A stretch of DNA of 64,000 nt from Botryllus schlosseri (taxonomy: Eukaryota): contig CM119373.1 in NCBI GenBank assembly GCA_051294905.1, positions 4,156,001 to 4,220,000 on the forward strand, read 5' to 3'. The notes beneath the pieces are model-generated. The model was not told the origin of the DNA. It ran no database searches and was given only the letters and a program-made list of their open reading frames with translations. The position numbers were made by a program, and so were the translations under genes. Shown here one piece after another: positions 36,501 through 49,829 of the stretch (position 1 is its first letter; every line of letters begins with the position of its first letter).

Positions 36501-37436
36501 AGTATAGGTATTGGATCTAATATATTCTATAAAACATGTACGTTGCTATATATTTATCTTAATCCGAAGTGCATTGCTGCATCGAAAAATTATAGCTATA
36601 TGCGGTTCGCTGTCGATTTTTCAATATTAGTCAAGAAATGAAATAGCCCACCTTCAGTGTTGCGTAATCTGCCTTGTCATTATATGCTTGTTCCGGCCTT
36701 GCTTGCGGTGCTAGTCTTCTTGGCTGCGTGAAATAGGATGTTTCAGCTTAAAACTCAACGCATTAGCATGCCTAATTTATAACCACAGCGAGATTCGAGT
36801 AATAACCGAGCCTAGATAGTCTACCTTTAACAGAAAACTTGCATATACATTCGAATTTGTGCGACTTCGGCTATATTGTCGGTTAACATTATAGCCGTGC
36901 ACAGAACTCATTATTACGTTATTAGCTATTTAAATGATGCGATATAGGGGAAATCTCGGTGTAATTCAATCTGCGCCCATTATCCATGTATGCTCCAATG
37001 CGTTTGCGGCTTTAGTATAGGTATTGGATCTAATATATTCTATAAAACATCTACGTTGCTATATATTATATATCTTAATCCGAAGTGCATTGCTGCATTG
37101 AAAAATTATAGCTATATGCGGTACGCTGTCGATTTTTCAGTATAGTCAAGAAATGAAATAGCCCACCTTCAGTGTTGCGTAATCTGCTTTGTCACTATAT
37201 GCTTGTTCCGGGCTTGCTTGCGGTACTAGTCTTCTTGGCTGCGTGAAATAGGATGTTTCAGCTTAAAACTCAACGCATTAGCATGCCTAATTTATAACCA
37301 CAGCGAGATTCGAGTAATAACCGAGCCTAGATAGTCTACCTTTAACAGAAAACTTGCATATACATTCGAATTTGTGCGACTTCGGCTATATTGCCGGTTA
37401 ACATTATAGCCACGCACAGAACTCATTATTACGTTA
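33575..37436. repeat. Tandem array of ~515-bp units (~7.5 copies) inside the Polinton
   Basis: Anchor ATGATGCG recurs at 33842, 34359, 34874, 35390, 35904, 36420 and 36934; near-identical units in two alternating variants. Confidence 0.97.
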
Positions 37437-38261
37437 GCTATTGGAGAAATCTCAACGTAAATCAATCTGCGTTCACAATTCGCGTAAGCTAATGCTGCAT
37501 CGAGAAATTATAGCTACATTTAGTTTAAATTGGCACGAAAATACATTGATCTTACCTTATGCCTGCGATGCCTGCATCCCTGCGCACATGGCAATACTTG
37601 TAATAGAAATGTGAAGTTTTCAGAATGCGAATTGCTTTACGTCGGAACTAAACATTCTAATTCGTAACGCCAGCGCGGCGTTTTCTTGGAAACGCAACTT
37701 TATTTAGAATGTTCTAATTCACTTTGTCGATGTGGCGCAACTTTTTTGGAATCGTAAGCAACTGTATTCGTGGCACATTTACACGCGTCAATTTCTTGGA
37801 ATAGTATTCAGCAATATGCGCGTGAGCTTTCGCGTCATTGTAGACATTTATGGTGGCGATATCTGCATTATCAAGTTGCATTCGCAGAATTCCTCAAAAT
37901 CATTGACTAATTAATGATGACACAGGTGTTATAAGTGCACACGAACATAGTCTTACATTTATGTGTTATTACTCGAAAAAGGTGTTGTCTCGGAATTTAA
38001 GAGAGAATCGGCGGTTATATTCTCAAAACAGCTCAATACGGCTAGTTTGCTCAATAGCCTGGTGGTGAGCGATGTGAAATTATACCCAACCAAACCAGGT
38101 TCGATTCTAGCTTAGGTAAGTTTTGACGTGGCAATGAGTGACATAGGTGTAGCAATCGACATCGCGCGGGTTGATGATGTGCAGCGTATAGATGCGGCAA
38201 TCAATGCGGTGATGATGTGGCAATGGATGATGTGGCACTATAGACGTGGCAATGGGTGTGG

Positions 38262-38366
38262 TATAGGTGCGGCAATGGGCGGATGATGTGGCAATGTAGG
38301 CGTGGCAATTAAGGCGACGTGGCGAAATTTGATTGGCCTGCACGAAATCCAGGTACCTACACTACT
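38262..38366 (-). repeat. Right terminal inverted repeat
   Basis: Reverse complement of 22811-22915; followed by the TSD GACGTG. Confidence 0.95.
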
Positions 38367-40427
38367 GACGTGCCCTATTGGCGCTTCAAGTTATTGTGGT
38401 ATGACATTATGCTGCTTACATTGATGGATAGTATTCGGACCCCTCTAGTCCGAACCTTAGTTACGCCCGTGTTTTAGGCTATGATACGACGGTGATCTTG
38501 TAATACTCAAACGCTAGACGTACTGTATAAAAACAGTGGGACCTATGTGAGTGCCTATTACGCGCTAGCTTTGAGGATAGTCATTGTTGGTAGTAGAATT
38601 ACGAAAAACTATACGCCTGGAGCACTACAGAAAACGCGGTAACAATAAAAATTGCAAAGGACTGCTACGCACACTCACTCAATCACCATGATACTTGTCC
38701 TCATGATGTGTACATCATCGAGGTAAAACAGATAGATGTATTTTAACGACGATACCCACCTTTAACACCGTAATGAGCCGCTTATGACTTACAATTTACA
38801 CGTGTAAGGCCATCACAATTGCTAGCGACAGCACTCACTTCCTCGATCGTGCGTACAGTCATAAACATTACGAGGCCATATCACTGTGTGTCAATTGCAG
38901 ACTGTAGGCATAAGAATACCATAGTTCTTTAGATGGAACCTGACGCCTTCAGCCCCTCGCGGTAGGTTCTTCACGCAAGTGATGTAATATTTATGTTGCT
39001 AAAAGCCGTTTGTTTTGGATACGGCCTTACAGTCGATACATCAATCGCTAGCTGGTATCCTAATACTGCGTCGCTGTTCGTACGCCGTCTTTACAACAAA
39101 ACAAAAAAGACTGAAGGAAGCGAATAAAAATAGCGTGTAAGGCGTGAAAAGACAGACAGCCGAGAAGAGAAGCATCTGCCACTGTTGTAGGTGGATGTTA
39201 GATTGATAAACAATACTTGGTCGTGTCGACATCCTGATATCTGTTCATTACACCCCGATCTGTCGTGTAATTTACCATCAATAGTGTAGGCCTACGTTGT
39301 GTGCCGCGAGCATATGAAAAAATAAAACCGCGGATTAAGGTGATAAGTTTGATCTACCGTATTACAACATGGGGAAGTTTAATGTTGTATGTGATGGGAC
39401 AATTGAAAAGAAAATTAGCAAATGTTCGCCTTCATAACTTGCCAGTAAAGTATACAATGTTCTTCGTTGGTGAATATCTTCCTATATCAATGCCCAGATT
39501 TCAACATCTAGAAACCGCAAACAATTACAAACTCTATACCACACAGGAACTGTGAACTCATCGAATATGAACGGCTGTAAGAAATCCTACTTTGTAAGTT
39601 GCGCACGCTTTACTTTATGCGTAGAGTGAATACTAATTAGCCCTCAAGTTTACCGGACTACGACCAGACATATCGATCGTGCCTTCCGTCACATGATACC
39701 CCATTTTGTCGCTTGCATTTTTATGTTATCCTCTGTTACGTTTCATTCAGTGTGCATGCCTCCTCTCCACATCGGCTAGGGCCTTGGCCCACGTATATGT
39801 TTGATGTCGAAGACTACTTCAGGTCAATTCGACACCTTCCTATATTTTCGTCGTATCGCAGTCTTGTGGTATTTTGAAATGATGAAATTATTATTAAACT
39901 GATCGTGACTATGGCTAAGACGTGGCGTATAGTAAGCAGTGGTCAAAACGATTTGATAGCTGTAAATAAACCAATGGGCCTTTGCATGACTGTTAATGAA
40001 ATGGATATGCAGAAATGTAATAAAACTATCCACATAGTGCAGACCTGACCATTCCAATATATCTGGCATTAGAGTTACACCTTGATCCGAAAATTCGCAA
40101 GGGTGCTATAGTAAGGATAGGTCCATCGTCGGTGATTAATCATATTACTGCTCTATTTCTCACAGGACATGAATGGTGAGACACAGCATTTTGTCAATGG
40201 ATCTACATTCAATACTGATTGTGGATTGTGGTGATGTATAAGACATTAATTTCTGATATGCGACAGTTGTCCATTTTCAAGTGTTGAACCTAACTGTAGA
40301 CTGATGTCTTCGACTTTTATTTCCAGACTTCGTAACATGGTGTTATGTAGGCCTGTCTGTAAACCATGTCTAGTTTAATCTGAAGGGTATTTTAAGCGTA
40401 AGTGTCAAGGTTCAAGTTTTAAAATCA

Positions 40428-41480
40428 TGGGTTACCGTACGTCCTCCTTTGGGAGGATTTGTCCTCATTTTTCGGATTTTTGAAAATGTCCTCCGAGGAC
40501 GACTAACTATCCTCTTTTTGGCCATTACAGTTTTTATAGCTAGGATTATGGACAGATAGCAGCGAAAATGAGCATAAATGAGGCTTAGACGGACGTTCGA
40601 AATGTCAATTCGTGGTATGATCGAAAGTGATGACTTTTTTAAGTTAACAACAGTAAATTTAAGTAAAAAGTATGTAAATCGGGAGTCGGACGAAATCAAC
40701 TCACTGCTTTCAGTCTTGATGAACTAACTTGTCTGAAATTGTGAAATTGTACTCCTTTCCTAATTCAAACATACGATAATTCTAAAATATAATGTAGTGC
40801 ATGAATAGTAGTATCTCGGCTATTAAGTAAACCAGCTACATTATATTGATATGCAATCGGAAACTAGGAGCGTTGGATCATGACGAGTTGGTGGTCTTTG
40901 TGACATAGAATTTGCCGGGCCGGAGATGGTCAGTAACGAAGTACATGTACTTACGTTTCATAGTACCCACGTAAGTTATGCCTACTTGGAAGTAACGTGA
41001 CATGCCTTGAAAATCTGTACTTGTACTTGAGTAGAAATACACGACTTTTCTTATAAGTCTACTGATCACCTACGATGACTATATTTTGACCATCAAAATT
41101 ATCAGGCCGAGAAGCCAAATTCCGTCCCGCGGTCTTTATCCCCGCTAGAGCTTCTACGTTTGCCGGAGAGTAATACCGCCGGCATCTTTAGTAAGGTTAG
41201 AACACAAGTAATTCGTTAAAGGTTTTCGGGTAATCTTATTATGTTGACAAAAATAGGTCATTTTCGTAACTCGACGCCCGAAAGACCCGCTCTAACGTGT
41301 AATCGCAATTGCAGTCCACGTTTCGTGTCATTTATGAAAGTTTGTAGTTGCCCTTCTACAGCCGCCTGGCTTTCAAACCTTTAAAGGAGGACCAATTGTC
41401 AAAAAGGAGGACATTTGAGTCTCCTCGGGGGACATTTTTGATTGCTGTTGAAAGGAGGCTAATTCTGATATGGTAACCCT
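40428..41480. mobile_element. hAT (Blackjack-like) non-autonomous element
   Basis: GGGTTACCGTA / TATGGTAACCCT termini with GTCCTC/GAGGAC subterminal repeats; TSD not resolved. Confidence 0.5.
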
Positions 41481-43207
41481 CAGGGTTGCATTTTAAACAA
41501 ACGGTGTTATATTATACTGAGTTTAAAACATGTTTTAAACCCGAGGTCTCAAACTCAAATGTGCTACCGGGCCAATTTTGTACTTTTTGATTGGGCTGCG
41601 GGCTGCAGCACCAATAATAGGAGGATTCAATGTATTTCCAAGTAGGCCTTATTTGACGGGACCTTGCAGACTGACATTTCACACGCATCGTGAAAATGTG
41701 ATTCCCTATTGTGAATTCACGCCTGGCACGAAACAAAAACAACTTTTATAATATTTGAGTAAAATTGTTGCTGTACTTGTCATAGTAATTGTGTATTTAG
41801 TTGTAGACACCATGCCAGAGTACAAATGCATCAGAACATCGTAAAAGTTGTCGCGGTAAAATTTTGCAGCTAGCGGACATTTGACTTGTCATAATTATAG
41901 GTAGAATATTTTCGAATTTAAAAAGATTGATCTGATATCAGATCATTGGAGCAGTACACCCTAATCCGGGTTTCTGGCATACGCATGATCACTAGGCTGT
42001 CGATCATGTCATTACCAAACTCAAATTCAATCGGCGTTAGATTTACTTTCGAATATTGGAACAGATCTATAACAACGTGAATATAATGAATACTGTGCTA
42101 AAGCTTTGGAAATGTACAATCGTCGAAGAATCCATTGGTGTTACAGCTGTGAAGCGTATGCTACGACTACTCTATACTAGCCACATTTAATTGGCGATAA
42201 TAACAAGGATAAAGACGCCCAAGATGACGCAGGATGTAACTAATTATACATCAAGAGGGCAACACAATGTCAACGGTTGTCATACCGACCTGCTTAGATA
42301 TCTAAATAGGTCTAAGCTACGCAACACAAGCAAATACCATTTGATATATTACCATTCCTCATACCAGTTTGATGGTTTGGTGCGTCCGTGGTTGTAGCAA
42401 GTCACGGCGTTCCGAGTCACAATAAGTCCTTCTCTGAGAGATCTCTAATCATGAACGGGTCATTTTTTATCATCATAAACAAGTATTGTGACGTAATAGA
42501 ACTGCGTGGTAACTTTTGAAAGTGATGTAATAGTGAAGTTTGATGAGTAGTTTCAGGCTTCTGGAGTAGTTTTAGAGCGAATTTCCAGTTCTCAAATTAA
42601 AAAAAGATACTTGGCAGTTGAATATTGTCGAATATTCGAAATCCAAAATGTCATCGCGGGCCGCACAAAATGGTCTCGCGGGCTGTGTGTTTGAGACCTC
42701 TGTTTTAAACAGTGTTTTAAACAAAAGCCTTTTTAAATTATTTTTTCAAACTTTGTATGATTATGCCATAATTGTGTAAATATACGTCTAAAAAACCAGG
42801 TAGTATTAGACTACGGACGATTTGCACCCATAAAAGTCGACTTATACGATGTGGGGTGGCTGGAACCTTGGAAATCGTCGTCGGTTCAACAGTCTTAGCA
42901 TGTAGCGATAGATCATTGGTACGGAACAGGTGTACTGGTGATGATTATCGCAGACCGGTAAAATGCTGAATAAAGGTGTAGTCCTGATTAAATATATTTT
43001 TGGTCTGTTTAGGACAGTGGCCGGAAGTCCGTTTCGTCGAAAGATCCATATTTATCCTATATTTTCAATTGTCAATGTCAATCCATTTTGACGTCACAGT
43101 TAAATATTCGTGACGTCCTGACTAAGATAATAATCATGTTTTAAACAAGGGCCTTGGTTTAAACATGTTTGTTTTGAATTGATTTTTGTTTTTTAAATGC
43201 AATCCTA
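41481..43207. mobile_element. hAT-type element with TTTAAAC subterminal repeats; hosts a nested insertion
   Basis: CAGGGTTGCATTT / AAATGCAATCCTA termini. Confidence 0.55.
41541..42702. mobile_element. Non-autonomous hAT (Charlie-like) element, copy 2
   Basis: Same TIR family as 8764-10221; perfect TSD TTTTAAAC. Confidence 0.85.
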
Positions 43208-43604
43208 GTTACGGTACCCTACTGTACAGTCAGTCTACGTCTACGCATGACGTAGGCCGAGTGTATTTCCTGAAGCATTTTAAATTACAGACGACGAAAG
43301 CATCGAACACCTGAAAGGCGTCCTTAGTAGCGAACATAACCGGATCGTTTCCATCGAAACTCATGTTAGCAAGCAAGATGATTCCGATGACGCAAGTAGG
43401 TGTTTTAAGCCGATTGCACACGCAAGCATACATACGACTAGATTAAGATCCCCTCTATATTTATGTCGTAGGTATATTTCGTATGGATTAAACCTTGTGT
43501 TTCTCACCTCATCACCATTGTGCACTGTGAGGAGCATCCCAACTTTAACAACAAGATTCATGGATAGTTATGATAAATGACGTAGGCGCATGAAAGAGGA
43601 ATTT

Positions 43605-45005
43605 AATAACACTGGTCAACACATATTTTTAGGCAGATAAAGTAAGAGTGGTTACGGGGGTTCTGAAGCGCACTGATTCCGAATATGATTTTTTGAAATT
43701 GGCTCTTGTTTTCGAGATAAACCATGGGACTATTTTGACCAAAATCTTCCATTTTCGCTTTGGCTGGATATAAAATCGGCTCATACGTACTATAAAGTTT
43801 AGAAATGATTCTACCTGTTATTTTTACACACAAAAGACTCTTTTAAATCAAAATATAGCAACAACACTATATTTAGGGGTATTAGATTTATCATAGTCAT
43901 AGACTTTCACGGATATCATGTACATAAATAAATTCCAGTCATGTATATAGTATCTACTCGGATACTCAAATACGGTGGTCATAATTCAATCATTTTACGT
44001 CAACCACCAATTGTAAATTTGAACTAATCAGTTAGAATATAATATTATTCATTTATTTTTAAGCACAATTGTTTCTTGTACGATTTTCGCCTGTAGCAAT
44101 TTAGTGCAGTTTATCGAATGGTTTCAGCAACGGTCTGCCATAATATAATCATCTCATCGGCCCTAATATCTTTCTTTAGTTGTTTTGACGTCTTGGTGTA
44201 ACCTCTTCCCTTGCTAATCTACAAGATAATGAGGAAATATATTAAGATGAATGAACAGGAAATGAACTTTTATGCTCATGTTTGTTCCAAGTTTTCCATA
44301 TGCAGATACGAATTTTTGGACCAGCTGTTTGTAGTTGGGTGCTTTGTGATCATCTAAGACGTTTTATCTACTACATTTAGGATAAATGCCATGCAGTGAA
44401 CTCCTTTATAATACGACATTGGGATCTTTCATCCGTATTGGAATCTGAAATCGATCAAATATACCAGATTTAATCTTCTCGTTTGATAAGGATACTAGGT
44501 ATACGTACTTTGTTGACTCAGCGGGAAATTATCCATTCACAAGTCAAATGAAATGAGACACATATGAGCTTTTCAAGGAAAAAATTTATAGCATTATACT
44601 CCTCTTTAATCTTGGTAGAATGACAAATTGATACAGGAGAATATGTATTTCCATTGTGCAAAAGTAAAATTTGTAGGCTTAACAAACTGCTTTTTTGACA
44701 AAGAAATATTTCGCAACACGTCATGTTAATATTGATAGAACGACGTGAGGGTTCTTCATAGTCAATTATCTATTTATGTGCAGCATAAAATTGAAAAGGA
44801 AATACTATTTTCTTCCTATCAAGTGAAATATTCAAGGGTAAATATAGTAATTTTTAGCTCTTTTGGAGGTATAAAAATCTTCCGAACAAGAGCCATTCCA
44901 GTGAAACTAATGTGATATTCGTGATCATCAACCTCGAAAATCCCAGAAACGGCTCTCAGATGTTGTGCCAAAATTTAATTTTCTATTTTGTTGACCGCTG
45001 TAATA
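43605..45005 (-). mobile_element. Degenerate DNA transposon, same transposase family as 18960-20679
   Basis: TIR-like ATAACACTGGTCAACA / TGTTGACCGCTGTAAT; minus strand ~44130-44270 reads KVHFLFIHLNIFP...QGKRLHQDVKTTKERY*GR*DDYIMADRC. Confidence 0.7.
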
Positions 45006-46884
45006 ATTTAAGTTTAGTGCTAAGCACGCGTTGTTGTCCATAAAGTATTGTAATGTAAACTACTATGCAGTTACTGAGTCGTGTTAATCGATGAGTCTAC
45101 TGAAATGAACTATTTGCTGCAAAGTCATGCCAATTACCTCATCAGTAACGCTAATAGCACGAGCATCGGATTTTGCTACTTGGGCCGCTATCTTTACAGC
45201 CACAGCAAGCTGGTGACGACATCAATAGCCTGTAAAATATCTTATGATGAGTAAATAAAACTGTAACAATGAAGTCACTCAGTTATGCTCGGTGTTTATA
45301 CATAGGCTGCGTCAGTTTGTACGCGAAAACGATTATAAAATTGAATAGAATAATATCTTCATATCTAAATAAATCCGAATATTTTCTGCTGACACTCGTC
45401 AAGGGTAATCGCCTGCAATTAGTAGAGAATTGGGAAAATTGTCGTCCAGCAACAGTCATATGTCGTCAAATATGACGTCAGCGGCATGGAATTCCGATTA
45501 ACTGAGGCGAAGAGATGGCCCACGCTTAATGTACTACTGGCGTCCAGCATTTCCGGGATAACATGTGGAGTGGTGTGCAAGACTTTAAAATCCTTACAAG
45601 GCCATTTCTGTACTTTCCTTGTCCAGCGGCATATAGGGTACACATTGTGCACTCATTGTATGTATATGGACCAGTGTTGGGATGACTCGAGGTAACACTT
45701 TCATATGACATGACATGACTTGACTAGAGTCATTTTGCAAAATTTACTTAACTTCACTCGATGAATAACTCAAAAATACGGAAGTATTCGTGACTGGGGG
45801 CAAAATTTACGAGTCAATTTTAAGTTATATCTCGCGAACCGCATTCAATATATGAATCCATTCGCGGGGAACCCTATGTAAAATTGGGATAATAAGCGAA
45901 AAATTACTATTGGTATTTGAATATGTAGTGACCGACGACATGGAAATAATATCTATATAAATAAACATTTAGAAAGACGTATTCGTCACGCACACGCAGA
46001 AATGCTAATAAAATACTTTAGTAACTGTACACTGTACAGCTACATGCTACAGACCTAGAGTCAGTTATTATCAGCCAAAATATAGGACCTAATACGAAGC
46101 TTCGTTGAAAGTTGAAACAAATAGACATGCTACAATAGCCTATACGCAATACCCATCTACTCATCCGTGAGAATATTAACGCACAAACTGTATTTGTTCG
46201 ATGTAAATCATACAAGAGAGTTGGTAAAGATGAGCACTGCGCAACGTAAGCATTGGGCCGTCAAAGAAACAAAGACACATTGCTATTTAGATTAATCTTC
46301 TACTACTACTACGACCACGTGAGCTGCGATTGCTCAGTTTGCGGTTAATTTATTTGTGATCTAGCAATCGAGGATCAATGAAACGTAACATCAGTGAATG
46401 AATGGTTGCTCTCACATGTGACATCGGCATTTCTCGCACCATTCGAACATACACAAACTACAGTGATTTATTCGACACCGTTTACTTGGTGACTTGAAAT
46501 TGACTCGTAAATTTTGCTCCGAGTCACGAGTCACAGCACATTTTTGAAGCTCCGAGTCAAGTCAATAAAGCCATACGAAAAAGTTGACTCGAGTGATCCC
46601 AACACTGCTAACTCGCGAGCAGCGTGAAGAAAAATTTCAAGTTGCGTTAATCATCACATTTTTTGAATATATGAACATAAACATAAAAGTACAACTAAAC
46701 TTTCACTAATTCTACAATTTTTCAACTAGCTTTTTGGCCCTACTTTACATTACTTCCGTGGCCCACCCTTTGAGAACCCCTGGTGTAAGCGGTGTCATAA
46801 AAAGTCCAGAAGAGGCCGCGCTACAAGTAGACAGCTATAATGAATAAAAAAAATAGGTAATATCGGCCTCGTAACTGACCATTA

Positions 46885-47390
46885 AGGGTGTTCAAAAATG
46901 ACTCTCTTTTAATTGTACTGGCTACTTGATAACATTGTGAGGTTACCCGATTTAAGTCTACACACCAGATTTGGTCCAATTCCGACCAGTAGCCGCATAG
47001 CTACAGGAGAAAGAAAGTTTCTATTTATCATATAAAAACTATTTAACAAAAATTCAAAATTTTCTTTTCACTCCATGGAAGTGTTAAGTAATCTATGGAA
47101 ACGTTGTTCACTAAATTTGACTCAAATCCAACCAGTGGAAGTGGAGTTATTGCTGCCGGAAAATTCGCATTTTAATATAGTAGTATTTACGGTGGGCATA
47201 CCTACAATAAATATATAATTGAAGAATGGGCCACCGTAAATACGGTATTATTCATGTCAGAATTTTTGTACGGCAATAACTTCGCTTTCACTGGATGGAA
47301 TGGAGTCAAATTTGGTCTCTAGGCTTAAATTAGGTAACCTAAGAAGTAGGTAGTACAATTTGAGAAAAGAGAATACATTTTTGAACACCC
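46885..47390. mobile_element. Palindromic MITE; related fragments at ~17560-17850 and ~21415-21770
   Basis: GGGTGTTCAAAAATG / CATTTTTGAACACCC termini and internal inverted similarity. Confidence 0.6.
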
Positions 47391-47549
47391 ATTGACCAAA
47401 AAAACGGGTGCATTATCATATGTATGATTTGAGTGAGTGTCATGACATCCGCGGAATCCACGAGACTGGCTCTTGGAACCCCTAGTGTTCCATGGAACGC
47501 CGGTCCAGAACCACCGCTTTAAAGGTCAACGACACTCTTGTGTTTTCAG

Positions 47550-48190
47550 AGTGTAACAATTCCATCTTCAAATTTCCGAATGAAAACCATTTGGATTACG
47601 TCCAGTACAGCGGCACGCTACAGAGTATGGCGTCGTTTTCCACGTGTTTCTGGATAAGTTCAGTGAACGAAAGCAAACCGGCCAAGGGCTCAATTATAAG
47701 TTACTGTGCATTCGGTTCAGCATATTGTAATACGTTCGGAATAGAAGTGTATGGAAACGAACTGAGGTACTGGAATGAGAAGACGTTGAACTGGGATGCG
47801 TATCCCATGCGTCGCATGATTACTTATCAGACACATATCTGTCTACTCGTAAAACATTCTGCATTGCAAATCTACATCAACGCTACCATGATCGACGGCA
47901 GACTCGGAGCTGCATCACCAATACCAGGTGGTGGCGTGCTGATTTTCGGGCAGAATCAAGATCACGATTACGTTGGTGTTCGGCCTGGTAAACCGGATCA
48001 TTTTGACCAAGGTTTCTACGGTATAATGGAAGGTTTACGTATCTGGAATAAAGCTCTCAGTGCATCTGAAATACATCGTATGTATAGGTGCGATGGAAGC
48101 AGTTGTGAGGATGACGCAATCGTGATTGTTAACCAATCGAACACATGCTTGCAAGGTCAGGTGATTGCAAACTGCAGTGTACCTTGTTAG
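47550..48190 (+). CDS. Intact pentraxin/LamG-like terminal exon (paralog of 12033-12681)
   Basis: TTTTCAG acceptor, phase 1; CNNSIFKFP...FSTCFWI...THICL...IYINA...GGVLIFGQNQD...FYGIMEGLRIWNKAL. Confidence 0.88.
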
Positions 48191-48337
48191 GCGGTGTAAA
48201 CTATATATGTCATCTATAAAATCAGTATATTTAGTTTGATGCGAAAACTTTTATTATAATGCGATTTCATCTGTTTGTGATATTGTCCTCAGTTATAGAT
48301 CGTATACTCGGTCTTTATAATTGGTTGGCGACTAATT

Positions 48338-48790
48338 CAGTAGTTCCCAACCGGGAACCGGGAAATTTTTAGGGAGGAATTTGGCTATAGGTTTGTATCA
48401 GAAGATACAGCACTGGGTTCACAAGGTTTTTAGATTTTTAGGGTAGAACTGCTAAGTGTGAAACTAATTCTTTGCAATTGTATGTTTCCATGGCGGATTT
48501 TAATCTAGGTGTACATTATGTTTAAATGCCTTCCATAGATATTACACCCCCTGATAAAGTGAGACTTGCGAGACAATTTCGTTGGGCCCGTGACAGCCTC
48601 TCGACATAAATTCTACAAAGCAGAAAAAAGTTGAGCCGGATTCAGCACAACGCTCCTGGTGAAAATGTTTACTTTTTTAAGCCAACATATGAGCTAACGT
48701 GAAAAACATACCAAATACATCGATTCAACTCAAACTATAGCAAGCGGACTCGTTTATTTAGTTTTCGTCGAGAAAGGTTGGGAACCACTG
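48338..48790. mobile_element. hAT (Charlie-like) MITE
   Basis: CAGTAGTTCCCAACC / GGTTGGGAACCACTG; perfect TSD GACTAATT. Confidence 0.85.
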
Positions 48791-49690
48791 GACTAATTTA
48801 TCGTTGGAAATAAATTGATGTATTTCTATTCATACGCTACCCTATTAGGTACATAGCTACCCTATTAGGTACATAATTACTTTATTTCGGAAGTTGTTGG
48901 TTATTAGAGTAAAGACTGCTAAGCATATGTCGATCGTGATGTCTAATTACACCGGAAATATGTTCAGAGTGCGCCGTGTATGTTACTGCATCACCAAGCC
49001 AGAAGAAACAGGATATCCTGACATGTTAGGCTTCGATCAGCTGTTCCGAGCCTTCGGCTAACCCTAAATTATTGATGACTCACAACACAAGAGAAACTCC
49101 CCCATAACACACATCTAATACATTACTATAGAATACTAGTGCACAAACTGAACTGTGCACCAACAAAACAACAAACGTAAGTGCACGTAACTATAGGTGA
49201 AATGACATCAGAAAATGTTAGAGTACAATTGGAAGTTGTAGCAAACATTACTTGAGTAACTGAATCAGTCAGCACTCATCAACCACATCTAAGCTACTCT
49301 GAGTAAAGTGTTATCGAATAATAATTCAAAACTTTGATCCATAGTCAACAGCGTAAGATCAGCGATTTCCAGGTATGCACGAAGAAGATGATGATGAATA
49401 GCCAGGGCTCTTTTCCAGTTGAACAGTGTGTCTTAACCTTTCTTCTTCTCTGGGGGGTTGTGTGCAGGGTTGTAACCAAGTCACAAGGCTCCGAGTCACA
49501 AGTCAATCTCACTTTCGTAGTTTTAGGTCGAGTCAAATCAAGTCATTTTCAATTCACCATCGATTCAAAGTCAGCGAGCAGAGGGTCGAGTCCAAGTCAT
49601 GTATAAACACATTTGTTTCGTACGCACCGTCAGCATGGCGATCTCATTACCGACTCCTCCATATTAGAACCATTGCAAAATTATTTGGAT

Positions 49691-49763
49691 CATCTCCGCC
49701 GGGATTCGAACCCGGAACCTCTGGATTAGAAGTCCAGCGCGCTATCCATTTCGCTACGGAGAC
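49691..49763 (-). tRNA. trnR(UCU): tRNA-Arg, anticodon UCU, intronless
   Basis: Minus strand GTCTCCGTAGCGAAATGGATAGCGCGCTGGACTTCTAATCCAGAGGTTCCGGGTTCGAATCCCGGCGGAGATG folds as a 73-nt cloverleaf; a T4 terminator lies ~10 nt downstream. Confidence 0.95.
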
Positions 49764-49829
49764 CCACGATGGAGCGAATAAATCGAAATTTTATAACATC
49801 AAGTTCAGACTAGCAGGGCGTGGTATGAC

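Larger units (their letters stand above)
22811..38366. mobile_element. Polinton/Maverick (adintovirus-like) element, 15,556 bp, lacking pPolB
   Basis: Begins AGTAGT and ends ACTACT; 105-bp perfect TIRs; exact 6-bp TSD GACGTG at 22805-22810 and 38367-38372; encodes ATPase, rve-integrase, capsid proteins and a cysteine protease. Confidence 0.97.

Noticed and set aside
33842..36641. Repeated 73-98 aa ORFs (MMRYRGNL...) as a multicopy gene
   Set aside because: They are by-products of the 515-bp repeat; frames are broken by indels in some units and no domain is recognisable.
33575..37436. CRISPR-like array
   Set aside because: Whole units repeat with no unique spacers; eukaryotic context and no cas genes.
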